64,000 bases of DNA from an uncultured Methanosarcinales archaeon (GCA_964434885.1 CAYSWQ010000002.1:331-64330), one strand, 5' to 3'; shown: positions 42,216-52,335, counted from the first letter of the stretch. Numbers and translations are program-made. The notes: generated from the sequence alone by a model not told the origin.

Positions 42216-42407
42216 ATGGCAAAAATAAAACTAGATAAAGAAACATGTATTGGTTGTGGAGCTTGTAATGCTGTTGCCCCCGAATTATTTGAAATGAATT
42301 ATGACGAAGGAAAAGCAAAAGTGTTAAAGGAAAACATTGAAGATAATTCCAAAGCTCAAGAAGCAGTAGACACTTGCCCAGTGCAATGTATTAAAATTGA
42401 AGAGTAG
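42216..42407 (+). CDS. small ferredoxin (single 4Fe-4S cluster type)
   Basis: CIGCGACNAVAP...CPVQCI. Confidence 0.7.
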   Translation: MAKIKLDKETCIGCGACNAVAPELFEMNYDEGKAKVLKENIEDNSKAQEAVDTCPVQCIKIEE

Positions 42408-42999
42408 TTCTAGTAATTCTTCTTTTTTCTTCATCCACTTTTTTTTCTTCTGTAGACAAATTTTTCCAATTTTGAACACCAGAAATTCCTTTCTTAGCAA
42501 AAAAACTACGATAATCAATTCTTATATCTATGACTCTACCTTCACCCTCCACGACACAAAAATAATATTTTCTTTTTTCTCCAACTAAAACATATCTGTT
42601 ATTTTGAATATAAAAATCTTTAATCCTCGCTGAATCAACTTTATTATACGGATAATCTTTTACCATTTCTTCCATTATACTATCAACCCGATAACCTGCT
42701 CCTATCAAAGGAATTAAATGTATATGGGCGTGGTCAATACTACCAGTATTTCCACATTCTATCAAAAAAGGTTCAGCAAAACTAACTTCTATTTTCCCCG
42801 TAATTTTTTCTTTCAACTTCTCAAATTTATCCCACAATTCTTTAGGCATAGAAGCAAAACAGTCAAAATGCTTTTTTGAAATTATCATTATATGGCCAGC
42901 AGTAATTAAACCAAAACCTACTTTAATAAAAAAATCATCATCCTCGTAAAGAATATCTTTTTTAATTTTTTCTCGGTTACAAAAAATACAATTAAACAT
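42391..42999 (-). CDS. HIT-family (histidine triad) hydrolase with C-terminal extension
   Basis: DHAHIHLIP histidine triad. N-terminal CIFC. Confidence 0.7.
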   Translation of the reverse strand: MFNCIFCNREKIKKDILYEDDDFFIKVGFGLITAGHIMIISKKHFDCFASMPKELWDKFEKLKEKITGKIEVSFAEPFLIECGNTGSIDHAHIHLIPLIGAGYRVDSIMEEMVKDYPYNKVDSARIKDFYIQNNRYVLVGEKRKYYFCVVEGEGRVIDIRIDYRSFFAKKGISGVQNWKNLSTEEKKVDEEKRRITRTTLQF

Positions 43000-43023
43000 A
43001 CATAGAAAAAAATTTATTTATTC

Positions 43024-43293
43024 TTAAAGCTTATGTTCTTTCATCAAATAATGTTTAAATCCGTGATAATGAGTTCTCAAACCAGACAAAACTTCATTAT
43101 GTCTTTTCAATAATTTATTAATTTTCTTAACCACATCTTCATGTTTAGATTTGTGTTTTCCTTTCTCTTGTGATTTATGGTAATTATTTTTATGTTTCTC
43201 TGCCAACTTACCATATTTTTTCAACTGCCGATTCAATTTATTAATTTCTTTAGAATACAAATACAAAGATGCTGCTTCTTTAATCAATGACAT
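43024..43293 (-). CDS. small basic helical protein, hypothetical
   Basis: 89 aa, K/H-rich. Confidence 0.35.
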   Translation of the reverse strand: MSLIKEAASLYLYSKEINKLNRQLKKYGKLAEKHKNNYHKSQEKGKHKSKHEDVVKKINKLLKRHNEVLSGLRTHYHGFKHYLMKEHKL

Positions 43294-43296
43294 TTT

Positions 43297-43971
43297 CTAC
43301 CTCTTTTTTATAATTATCATTGCATGATCGCCTTCATAAGGTTCTAAATTACGAACATCAACCACCTTAAATAATTTTTCTAACTCTTGTTTAATCTCAT
43401 TAAAAATTGCTTTTGGTTTTCTTTTAATATCAATGCTTCTTGCCTTAATGGCCAATAAACCATAACCACCTTTCTTCAAATACAAATTACAATTTCTAAT
43501 AAATATATCTGCTTGATTTTTCTGTGCAATATCTTGATAAACGACATCGACCATACAAACTTTATCTTTGTACTGTTCTGGATGATTAGCATCTGCTAAC
43601 ATCGGAACAATATTGTTTCTTTGTTCTGATAAAAAAACCAAATCCCTAACTACTCTTGGGGCTGGATCAACTCCAAAAATCAAACCTTCCTCCCCAACAA
43701 TATCAGAAACAAAACTTGGAGTAAAACCATGTGATGCTCCCAGATATAAAACAATATCTTTCTTTCTGATTCCTACATCTTGACAACCTTTCATAATTGT
43801 CGCCGCCAATTTACTACGTCGTGGATCAAATTCCCGGTACTCTTTTCCTTTATCTCTTACTAATCTTTCCTGAAAATGTTTCTTCCCTTTAAGCAAACTT
43901 TCAGTATAGATTCTCCTTCCATCAGTATAAATCTCAAATATTTTATGTTTTTTTATTTTCATTTCGCACAC
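43297..43971 (-). CDS. flpA: fibrillarin-like rRNA/tRNA 2'-O-methyltransferase
   Basis: VLYLGASHGFTPSFVSDIVG SAM-binding motif, co-linear with archaeal fibrillarin. Start may be the second ATG at 43962. Confidence 0.88.
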   Translation of the reverse strand: MCEMKIKKHKIFEIYTDGRRIYTESLLKGKKHFQERLVRDKGKEYREFDPRRSKLAATIMKGCQDVGIRKKDIVLYLGASHGFTPSFVSDIVGEEGLIFGVDPAPRVVRDLVFLSEQRNNIVPMLADANHPEQYKDKVCMVDVVYQDIAQKNQADIFIRNCNLYLKKGGYGLLAIKARSIDIKRKPKAIFNEIKQELEKLFKVVDVRNLEPYEGDHAMIIIKKR

Positions 43972-44270
43972 TTCCCTTGACTACATTTTCCCGATTGACA
44001 ATTACTCCAAGTCTCACAAGAACCCATATATTCAACTTTATTTAAACACATATAACCACCAAAAAAATTCTTAGTAGCCATACTAATCTCTCTCCGACAA
44101 GTTTCATTTTGTGGACAATCAACATCATTTAAACATCTAAACTTTGAAGGTTTAGGTAAATCTGGTTCTGGTTTAGGTATTGTTGAAACAAAATAAGCCC
44201 CAATAATAGTAATCACCGCAATGATCAAAATCATCCCAAACTGTTTTTTTCTATCTTTAACCTTCTTCAT
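43959..44270 (-). CDS. small secreted Cys-rich protein, hypothetical
   Basis: 103 aa with a signal/TM region and eight Cys in the C-terminal 60 aa. Confidence 0.4.
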   Translation of the reverse strand: MKKVKDRKKQFGMILIIAVITIIGAYFVSTIPKPEPDLPKPSKFRCLNDVDCPQNETCRREISMATKNFFGGYMCLNKVEYMGSCETWSNCQSGKCSQGKCAK

Positions 44271-44313
44271 AAAATAAACTAACCAATAATACTTTATAAA
44301 AATTTGGTAAAAT

Positions 44314-44943
44314 CTATCTCAAACCCAGATACTCAACTTTATCTAATTTAAAAGATAAATTTATCTCACTTCTCATCCAAGGATCTACAACCCAGACTGA
44401 ATCTCCTTCTTTTTCATAATATCCATATTTGCTAATTGGCAAAACTTCTTTTCCCACATATAAACTATGTCTTTCAGATTTCCATACTTCCATGTTTCTT
44501 TTCATTTTATGTGGTTGAGTAACATCTACTGAACCATCTTGATATTTACGTCCTTCTTCAATCTGAGACAAAGTAAATTCTAATTCTCTTCTTTTCCGAA
44601 AATCTTCTAAATTAACCATATCTCTTTGACAAACATCTCTTAATAAATCTAATTTTATTTGTAAAATCTTTTGTCTTTCTACAGAATAATGTTTTACACT
44701 AGCTCTTTCCCCTCGAGTATAACTATCTACTAAAACATCATTTTCCTCTGTAAAAACACGACAACCAACTTCTTGATGTGTCACACTATGTTTTACAACA
44801 AGTGGACCTTCAAAAGTTCTCCGACCATGATGCTCAACAAAAGCAATAACTGATTGAGCAGTAAGCTGTCTTTCAATTTCAGTACCAGGTAAACTAAGTC
44901 TCCCTGTAATATAGCTATTAATAATTCTTTTCAATTCGTCCAT
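44314..44943 (-). CDS. hypothetical protein
   Basis: 209 aa, no recognised motif. Confidence 0.45.
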   Translation of the reverse strand: MDELKRIINSYITGRLSLPGTEIERQLTAQSVIAFVEHHGRRTFEGPLVVKHSVTHQEVGCRVFTEENDVLVDSYTRGERASVKHYSVERQKILQIKLDLLRDVCQRDMVNLEDFRKRRELEFTLSQIEEGRKYQDGSVDVTQPHKMKRNMEVWKSERHSLYVGKEVLPISKYGYYEKEGDSVWVVDPWMRSEINLSFKLDKVEYLGLR

Positions 44944-45038
44944 AATCTATCCAAAAAAAATTCTCATTTATAAATCTTTCCTTTTTAACTATTAAAAAGT
45001 GATAACAAAATTAACTACTCAAACTTCTTCTCCAATTC

Positions 45039-46211
45039 TTAATTCAAATAATACTTAAATTCCTTTTCACTTTTATCCACAACTAATTTTCCTTCTCTAA
45101 TAAATCTACTGGTTAAACGATAAACATTAGCGTATTGTAAATTTAATTCTTTAGATATTTCATGATTTGTAAGATTTCTATCATCTAAAATTTGTTTAAG
45201 CCTACGCAGATGAATCTTATCTGAAGTTTTTCCATAATTATCAAGTACAAACTCCAATCTTTTATTCCTCTTCTTGTGGAGGCCAAAACCACCTATTGAT
45301 TGAAATTTCTCCAAATTCTCACGTCCAAGAATAGATAATTCATAAGCTAAAGTGTAAACATTGACTTTAAGTAGTGTGGTATCAATGCCCAAATTTAAAA
45401 TAAGCTTCCTAATAAAACACATTTCTCTTCTATCTTTCATAGCAATTCTTACTTCATTTTTCCTTACACTTCCTTCAGCAGCAAAAATCCCCTTTAAATA
45501 AGCAATTTTAATTTCTCGTGAACTGTTCATTATAATTTGTTTAACCTCATAATCGATTTTATGTAAAACTCTAAACAAACCAGCAGACCAAACTTGAACC
45601 CTAGATCCTTCTTGGGTTGCATTTTCCATATAGTTAACAGAAGTTATTTGGCTTCTCGGCAATATTAAAATCCTTGACCACCTTCGTCTGATTAGCTCTT
45701 TATCCTCGTTTTTATTTGTTATAATCTCTGCTGTAATTTTTTCTACAGGAAAATTAAATTTCTTAAGCATTGAAATATGAAGTTTCAGTAAATTAACTTC
45801 ATAATTAGTAAAACTTACTGCTTCATGAGTAGAAGAATGATCTCCTTCTCCAATCCATAAACCCCACCAAGCAACGAATTCTTCATCCACAATTAGTGAT
45901 TGAATATTGAAAGAAGCTTTTTTACACTTGGTATAAATTCCCTTTGTATTATTGTAAAACTCATTCTGACCTATTTGTAATAAACCACATACTTTTAACA
46001 AGTAATCCATAGTGACATTATACTTTCCTTCATGGAATTTCCAAATCATATTCATAGAAACGCCAGTTAGTTTAGAAATTTCTTTAATTTTTATTTTCTG
46101 TTGTTTAATTTCTGACTTTAATTTCTGTTTAAAATCATCTGTAAGAATAACACGCCAGTTTTTATTCACATATTTCATTAAATTTATTTTATCCATTATA
46201 ATCCTCCTCAA
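45039..46211 (-). CDS. double-LAGLIDADG homing-endonuclease-like protein flanked by N- and C-terminal helix-turn-helix domains
   Basis: Two LAGLIDADG-type motifs WWGLWIGEGDHS and YLKGIFAAEGSVR about 115 aa apart. XRE-like N-terminal HTH (KIKEISKLTGVSMNMIWKFHEG). C-terminal HTH (NHEISKELNLQYANVYRLTSRF). Confidence 0.7.
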   Translation of the reverse strand: MRRIIMDKINLMKYVNKNWRVILTDDFKQKLKSEIKQQKIKIKEISKLTGVSMNMIWKFHEGKYNVTMDYLLKVCGLLQIGQNEFYNNTKGIYTKCKKASFNIQSLIVDEEFVAWWGLWIGEGDHSSTHEAVSFTNYEVNLLKLHISMLKKFNFPVEKITAEIITNKNEDKELIRRRWSRILILPRSQITSVNYMENATQEGSRVQVWSAGLFRVLHKIDYEVKQIIMNSSREIKIAYLKGIFAAEGSVRKNEVRIAMKDRREMCFIRKLILNLGIDTTLLKVNVYTLAYELSILGRENLEKFQSIGGFGLHKKRNKRLEFVLDNYGKTSDKIHLRRLKQILDDRNLTNHEISKELNLQYANVYRLTSRFIREGKLVVDKSEKEFKYYLN

Positions 46212-46456
46212 ACTTGTATAATTTCAAAGTTTAGAGGTTCTTGGAAAAAAAGGTAGCCAAGTAAATCTTACAATAAATTTTTATGTGAAAGCCCACTTTG
46301 TTTTTAGAGGAAAAATTCATGTTAAAAGTTTTGCGCCACCTCTTTTTCATTATTTTAAAGAAGATAAAACATATAAAGTCTACCTGGACTTGTCCACTTG
46401 TCTACTGATTAATTTATAAAAGAAATCACTAAAAAGTAAACATAAAACTATTTTGT

Positions 46457-47398
46457 TCAATTAAACTCTCGCAACTTTTTCTCTAACTCTTTCCTGTACT
46501 CTTTGGCCTTAAACTTTCCTTTAAAGAAATCCAACCGAGCACATAATGAAAGTTTGTCTGCCAAAGTCCTAGCCATTTTTCCTTGGTTTTTCTTTCCTGC
46601 TTTTTGAATGAATTGATGTGAGTGCAATACGCCGAATTTAGGACATTTTGCTTTCGTCTTAATATGTCTAAATAATGCTTTTTCTGCCCCCAATAATTGT
46701 ACAGTTGAAGCAGGTAATAAAGCCAAATGTTTCAATCCTTTTCCTAATTCAATCAACTTGGCCCCAATATTTGTTCCGGCCAATTCTAAAATATTAGGAC
46801 AATAAGATTTCATTACTCTCTTCAAATATTCTTCATGTTTCTTTCTTAAATTAAATAAATTAACCACTTCTTTCGCCAATAAATTCATTTCTTGGACATC
46901 TTCCTTCTTCAAATCTGCACCCATACTCTCTGTAAATTTAAAATCCCTTAACAAAGTCTTTTTGTCTTTCTTAAGCATTAATTCTGTAAACATTAAGTTA
47001 TCTTCAATCTTGTTAGAAAATTCTGGACAATACCAAGAATACCATTCTCTTAACCTTTTAACCAATGTGTTGGCCATCTTAGTCAATTCTTCAACATTAC
47101 TGATTGTTTGAATAATTAACATATCGGGAGAAACTGCTCTTTTGATTTTCTGTTTAGTTAATTTCAAATTCATTTGATAAAAATCAGAAAAATATTTTCT
47201 ATCTCTAAAAAAATCAGTAATCATATCTTTTTTCTTTTCTGGAATCTCTTTCCAGTCACGATATTTTTTCTTTAATTTTGCTTCGGTCTTATCCTGCCGT
47301 TCATAATCTTTAACCGATTTAAATTTTATCTGTTCCACTAAATTAAACTGATTATCAAAAATAAAACTTCCCAAAATATTAGTATAAAGATACTTCAT
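46457..47398 (-). CDS. nop5: Nop5/Nop56-family box C/D snoRNP protein (short coiled-coil form)
   Basis: NOSIC/Nop domain ILELAGTNIGAKLIELGKGLKHLALLPASTVQLLGAEKALFRH...KGKMAR. Confidence 0.8.
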   Translation of the reverse strand: MKYLYTNILGSFIFDNQFNLVEQIKFKSVKDYERQDKTEAKLKKKYRDWKEIPEKKKDMITDFFRDRKYFSDFYQMNLKLTKQKIKRAVSPDMLIIQTISNVEELTKMANTLVKRLREWYSWYCPEFSNKIEDNLMFTELMLKKDKKTLLRDFKFTESMGADLKKEDVQEMNLLAKEVVNLFNLRKKHEEYLKRVMKSYCPNILELAGTNIGAKLIELGKGLKHLALLPASTVQLLGAEKALFRHIKTKAKCPKFGVLHSHQFIQKAGKKNQGKMARTLADKLSLCARLDFFKGKFKAKEYRKELEKKLREFN

Positions 47399-47451
47399 AA
47401 AAAGAAAGTTTATCGAAAGGTATATAAAATTTATCTAAAATATTTGTTATC

Positions 47452-47661
47452 ATGGATGACCCTACCAAAAAAGAAGAAGTATCTATTTGTAGTAAATGTA
47501 AAAAAGATTTGAAAGATCAACCATGGTATTCTCAATTTGAAGCAGAAGAACACTATAAAACTACAACATGTAATAATTGTAATAAAAAGAACTGGGTCAA
47601 AATGAATTTCTTAGGTTCAGGTGATGATAACTGGCAACCTGTTGAAGAGGACGAAGAGTAA
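47452..47661 (+). CDS. small zinc-ribbon protein
   Basis: CSKCKK...CNNCNKK, 69 aa, acidic tail. Confidence 0.4.
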   Translation: MDDPTKKEEVSICSKCKKDLKDQPWYSQFEAEEHYKTTTCNNCNKKNWVKMNFLGSGDDNWQPVEEDEE

Positions 47662-48195
47662 TTAAGTTAAAAGAAACGTTTCTACTACTGCCCATAATAA
47701 AAAACTACCAAATGAAATTGCTACCAAGAATAAAAAGGCACCCACTACCATTTTAATCATTTCTTTCACAATACCTTTTGATTCTGGCTTTTGTACTTCA
47801 TCTTTAATCTTAAAACCAATCTTATTTCCCTCTTGATCATAAGCAGAAATATTATCTTCTTGATAAGGGTGACCCATAATCAAGTTAAATGGCAATTCAG
47901 CAAAAGTAATCAAATCTTGTTCTGAAGCAGAACTGTCTGCTCCTGGATGACTATGAATTGTTCCCCTAAAAGAAGAAGTATTTGCTAACCAACTTGGATG
48001 TGAAATAGCTGCTGATTCATCAGAAACAAAAGGTTGAAAATACAATTTATCTATTACTAACTGATTCTTTTGATTATATCCCCCTAGAATCGCAAACATC
48101 TCTCTAGGATAAATATCCTCTGCCATCGTTATTGCTTCTCTAATAACTTTCTTCAAAACAACGATTTCATAAATTTGATCTAGTTTTTGTTTCAT
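47662..48195 (-). CDS. JAB/MPN+ (JAMM) metalloprotease-domain protein with C-terminal TM helix
   Basis: HSHPGADSSASEQD matches HxHx7Sx2D. Upstream Glu present. Hydrophobic C-terminal 25 aa. Confidence 0.75.
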   Translation of the reverse strand: MKQKLDQIYEIVVLKKVIREAITMAEDIYPREMFAILGGYNQKNQLVIDKLYFQPFVSDESAAISHPSWLANTSSFRGTIHSHPGADSSASEQDLITFAELPFNLIMGHPYQEDNISAYDQEGNKIGFKIKDEVQKPESKGIVKEMIKMVVGAFLFLVAISFGSFLLWAVVETFLLT

Positions 48196-48332
48196 TCAAA
48201 TCAAGAAGCTCCTATATTTATAAAACTTTTCATTTTAATTACTTAATAGTGATATATAATAAATATAATAAAAAGAATTAATCAAAATAAATTCTTTAAA
48301 CAACAAGAACTAATTAATAATAAGAAACAATA

Positions 48333-48743
48333 TCACAAAATCATTCTTCCACTTTCTTTTCTTCGATAATCCAACCCATTTTGTTGTTTCGGATTCCAAG
48401 CAGGACTAGTAGTAGATAAAATTTCCATCTCAATTTTTGGATTAAAGTAAAATTCAGTTTTCTTAGGAATAAACAATATTGCTTCTTTTTCTAAAACAAA
48501 TCTCTTTTCTTGACCATTATTATTAATAACAACTTCTCCAGCCCCTTTTAATAATACAATAACTTCATCTGATTTCTTATTAACCAAGAAACCTTCTTTT
48601 GGAAAACGACTTTTATGAATTCCAATTCCCACTCCCAAATCTTTATTCTGCTTCCAAGAAATATATTCCAAAAATTCTCCACTAGAAGTCTTAACTCGAT
48701 TCGTTTCATCTCTTTTAATCAAGATTGGTTTTTCTATCTGCAT
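48333..48743 (-). CDS. cupin-like small protein, hypothetical
   Basis: 136 aa, beta-rich GAGEVVINNNGQEKRFVLEKEAILFIP pattern. Confidence 0.4.
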   Translation of the reverse strand: MQIEKPILIKRDETNRVKTSSGEFLEYISWKQNKDLGVGIGIHKSRFPKEGFLVNKKSDEVIVLLKGAGEVVINNNGQEKRFVLEKEAILFIPKKTEFYFNPKIEMEILSTTSPAWNPKQQNGLDYRRKESGRMIL

Positions 48744-48882
48744 AGTTTTTCAGAGAATTAAAAATATAAAAAGATTTCCTGTCATCAATTGGTGAAGTTC
48801 ATTTGTTTATAAAAGAAGGAAAACACTAATTAGTAAAGAAAACAACATCATAAAATTTAAAAGAAGATATTCAACTAACTTA

Positions 48883-49251
48883 ATGATGGAAGATTATCCC
48901 CCAAGTTATCAAGTATTAAAAATTGAAGGCGTAAACCAAGTCGCTGAGTTATTTCCTGGTCAATTCGTCAAAGCACAAAAAATAATTCTGAAATATGTAG
49001 ATTCGTTAGAAAGAAAACATATTAAACACACTTGTAATAGAACACAAAGTCGGACGGAACAAATTGTTTTGGATAAATTGGATAAGTTGTACGAGACTGA
49101 ATTATTACTTGTGGAACGTAGAGATCGGGAACAAATTGCCCATACTACTGATGCCTTAGAAGGCCGTATTGATGCTATGTTAGAAGGTCATACTCCAGTT
49201 AAACAAGGTACTGGTTGTAGAAGAATAAAAAAATATCCTACTGCAGATTAA
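48883..49251 (+). CDS. hypothetical protein (locally higher GC)
   Basis: 122-aa ORF. Its codon usage is less AT-biased than the neighbours. Confidence 0.35.
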   Translation: MMEDYPPSYQVLKIEGVNQVAELFPGQFVKAQKIILKYVDSLERKHIKHTCNRTQSRTEQIVLDKLDKLYETELLLVERRDREQIAHTTDALEGRIDAMLEGHTPVKQGTGCRRIKKYPTAD

Positions 49252-49320
49252 TACATTTTTTCTGAATTATTTAAGAACACAATAATCAATTTAAAAAACA
49301 ACTACAAAATAACCCAAATC

Positions 49321-49330
49321 TTTATAAATA
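49321..49330 (+). promoter_or_regulatory. TATA box (TTTATAAATA) for the ribosomal-protein superoperon, implying a roughly 160-nt leader
   Basis: Consensus archaeal TATA about 185 nt upstream of the L3 ATG. No stronger TATA lies closer. The intervening region is GC-enriched. Confidence 0.4.
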
Positions 49331-49514
49331 ACCTCGATTCCTAGGGTTAAACAAGCATAATCGTGCTCACACTGCCTCCCCCTAAGGGAAGTAAATGATT
49401 GCGGTTAAATTGGCCTGAAAAGGTATTCACCATGAATCAAAGGTTCTCGGTGAAACAACAAATAGGCTGTTACTAAATGTATAGTGCATTTAAGCCTAAA
49501 CAAATTTACGAACA

Positions 49515-50465
49515 ATGGGAAAAGCACACGCACCAAGACGAGGAAGTATGCAATTTTGGCCTAGAAAAAGGTCAAAACATAGTTTAGCTAGAGTGCGTTC
49601 CTGGGCTAATTCCAAACAAGCTAAACCTTTAGGTTTCATCGGGTATAAAGCTGGGATGACTCATGTCGTAGCCATTGATAACTTACCAAAAGCATTAACC
49701 AAAGGTGAAGACATCAACTTTGCGACTACAATCATCGATTGTCCGCCAATGGTTGTCTATGGTGTCTCTTTCTATAAAAATTCAAAAAAAATCGCTCAAA
49801 TTTTTTCTCAAAAAACAAAAAAAGATCTAAAAAGAAAAATTCCTGTTCCTAAAAAAGAAACTAAAACTATCGACGACATCAAAGAATTTGATGACTTAAA
49901 AATTTTAGTTCATTCTCAACCAAGATTAACTCCAACTGGTACTAAAAAACCAAAAGTTTTAGAAATTGCTCTTGGTGGTTCTAAAGATGAAAAATTGGCT
50001 TATGCTAAAGAAAAATTAGGACAAGAAATCAAAATCGAAGAAGTTTTCGAACCAGGTAACTCAGTTGATCCTCATGGAATCACCATTGGAAAAGGTTTCC
50101 AAGGGACAGTTAAAAGATTCGGTGTAATGATCAAATCCCATAAAGCTGAAAAAGTAAAAAGAGGAGTTGGAAACTTAGGAGCTTGGACTCCAAAAAGAGT
50201 TGACTATCGTGTTCCTCAACCTGGAAAAATGGGTTATCACTTACGAACCGACTATAACAAACAAATTCTTAAAATTTCTAATCAACCTGACGAAATCAAT
50301 CCAAAATCTGGCTTACCAAAATATGGTTTAGTCAAAAACTCCTATTTATTATTAAAGGGTTCAGTTCCTGGACCTCGAAAAAGAGCCTTAGTTTTATTAC
50401 ACTCAATCAGACCAAACAAAAGAATGATGAAAGACGCACCAGACGTCAAATATATTAACAAATGA
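49515..50465 (+). CDS. rpl3: 50S ribosomal protein L3 (uL3)
   Basis: MGKAHAPRRGSMQFWPRKR...GYKAGMTHV. Confidence 0.92.
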   Translation: MGKAHAPRRGSMQFWPRKRSKHSLARVRSWANSKQAKPLGFIGYKAGMTHVVAIDNLPKALTKGEDINFATTIIDCPPMVVYGVSFYKNSKKIAQIFSQKTKKDLKRKIPVPKKETKTIDDIKEFDDLKILVHSQPRLTPTGTKKPKVLEIALGGSKDEKLAYAKEKLGQEIKIEEVFEPGNSVDPHGITIGKGFQGTVKRFGVMIKSHKAEKVKRGVGNLGAWTPKRVDYRVPQPGKMGYHLRTDYNKQILKISNQPDEINPKSGLPKYGLVKNSYLLLKGSVPGPRKRALVLLHSIRPNKRMMKDAPDVKYINK

Positions 50466-51262
50466 AATTAACAATCTTTAATTTGCAAAACCAGAAAACT
50501 GGAGAAAAGGACATGCCAGTTCAATTTACTGAACCAGTACGTCCAGATTTAATTAAAAAAGCAATTTTGGCCTTGCAAGCTAACGCTCGACAAAAATATG
50601 GAGCTAAACCTGAAGCAGGAAAAAGACATTCTGCAGAATTAAGCCGAAGAAGAAGAAAATATCGGGGAGCTTATGGTCATGGTATTAGTAGAGTAACGAG
50701 AAAAATATTAACCAGAAGAGGAACCCGTTTTTACTGGGTTGCTGCAGTTTCTCCTGGAACAAGAGGAGGACGAAGAGCTCACCCCCCAAAATCAGAAAAG
50801 AAATGGGAACAAAAAATTAACAAAAAAGAAAATCGAAAAGCTATTCGTTCCGCTTTAGCTGCTACTTTAAACAAAGAATTAGTTCAAGAACGAGGCCATC
50901 AAATTCCTGAAAATTATCCTTTCCTAGTTGATTCCGAAATGGAAAAATTAAACAAAACTAAATTAGTTCAAGACGCTTTGAAAAAATTAGGTTTCGAAGC
51001 TGAAATGAAAAGAAGCTTGATCAAAAAAATTCGTGCTGGAATCGGAAAGTTAAGAGGAAGAAAATATCGTCGGAAAAAAGGATTATTAATTGTTGTTGGC
51101 GAAGATTGCCCTCTAGCAAAATCAGGTCGAAACATTCCTGGAATTGAAGTAGTTACCCCTAACCAACTAAATGCTGAGTTATTAGCACCTGGAAAAATGG
51201 TTGGTCGAGTCACTCTTTACACTGAAAACGCAATCAATAAATTAGATAAATTATTTGTTTGA
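50462..51262 (+). CDS. rpl4: 50S ribosomal protein L4 (uL4)
   Basis: Operon position and a RGAYGHG...[13 protein letters not shown] pattern. Confidence 0.9.
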   Translation: MKLTIFNLQNQKTGEKDMPVQFTEPVRPDLIKKAILALQANARQKYGAKPEAGKRHSAELSRRRRKYRGAYGHGISRVTRKILTRRGTRFYWVAAVSPGTRGGRRAHPPKSEKKWEQKINKKENRKAIRSALAATLNKELVQERGHQIPENYPFLVDSEMEKLNKTKLVQDALKKLGFEAEMKRSLIKKIRAGIGKLRGRKYRRKKGLLIVVGEDCPLAKSGRNIPGIEVVTPNQLNAELLAPGKMVGRVTLYTENAINKLDKLFV

Positions 51263-51606
51263 AAATGGCAGAGAAAAAAGAAACAAAACCTGTACCAAAA
51301 GAAGAAAAATTAGTTACAGCACCTGTTTCCCAAAAACAAAGTAACTTTGACCCCTATAAAATACTAAAATACCCTCTCTCTACCGAAAAAAGCATCAGAC
51401 AAATTGAATTTGATAATAAAATCGGTTTTGTTGTAGACAAAAAAGCAACCAAACCAGAAATCAAAAGAGCAGTAGAAGAAATGTTCAAAGTAAAAGTAAT
51501 CAAAGTTAACACTCAAAACTCTTTCCGAGGAGAAAAGAGGGCTTATGTTAAATTATCACCAGAACATTTAGCCTCAGATATTAGTGGGGACTTAGGACTA
51601 ATCTAG
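51259..51606 (+). CDS. rpl23: 50S ribosomal protein L23 (uL23)
   Basis: [27 protein letters not shown]. Confidence 0.9.
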   Translation: MKMAEKKETKPVPKEEKLVTAPVSQKQSNFDPYKILKYPLSTEKSIRQIEFDNKIGFVVDKKATKPEIKRAVEEMFKVKVIKVNTQNSFRGEKRAYVKLSPEHLASDISGDLGLI

Positions 51607-51613
51607 ATATAAA

Positions 51614-52312
51614 ATGGGAAAAAGACTATTACAACAAAGACGAGGACGAGGAACTCTTACTTACCGGTCTCCTGGACATCGTTTTAAAGGAATTGTAAAA
51701 CTTCCTTCCAACAAAGGAGAAGTTGTTGAATTAGTTAATTGTCCAGGACACTCTGCCCCATTAGCTTATATTCAATTATCCAATAATAAAGTAGATTTAG
51801 TTATTGCCCCTTTAGGAACTAAAAAAGGAGATAAAATTGAAATTGGATCAAAAGCAGAAATCAAATCAGGTAATGTTTTACATCTAAAAGATATTCCTGA
51901 AGGTACTTCTGTATATAATATTGAATCCCAACCTGGAGACGGAGGAAAATTCGTTCGTGCTTCCGGTGCTTTTGCTAAAGTAGTAGCTAAAACAAGTAGC
52001 AAAATTATTGTTAAATTACCTTCCCGTAAAGAAAAATCATTTCACCCTGATTGCCGGGCTGCAATCGGTGTAATTGCTGGAGGAGGTAGAACTGAAAAAC
52101 CTTTCCTGAAAGCAGGAACCAAATATCATAAAATGAGAGCTAAAAATAAGTTATACCCAAGCGTCTCTGGAACCTCGATGAACGCAGTAGATCATCCATT
52201 CGGTGGAACTACTTCCAGTCACAAAGGTAAACCTACTGTTGCTCCAAAACATGCCCCACCAGGAAGAAAAGTTGGTAAGTTAAGACCAAGAAGAACTGGT
52301 AAACAGAAATAA
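51614..52312 (+). CDS. rpl2: 50S ribosomal protein L2 (uL2)
   Basis: GRNxxG-type core and C-terminal SMNAVDHPFGGTTSSHKGKP. Confidence 0.93.
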   Translation: MGKRLLQQRRGRGTLTYRSPGHRFKGIVKLPSNKGEVVELVNCPGHSAPLAYIQLSNNKVDLVIAPLGTKKGDKIEIGSKAEIKSGNVLHLKDIPEGTSVYNIESQPGDGGKFVRASGAFAKVVAKTSSKIIVKLPSRKEKSFHPDCRAAIGVIAGGGRTEKPFLKAGTKYHKMRAKNKLYPSVSGTSMNAVDHPFGGTTSSHKGKPTVAPKHAPPGRKVGKLRPRRTGKQK

Positions 52313-52335
52313 AGACATAATCAGAGGATATCAAA

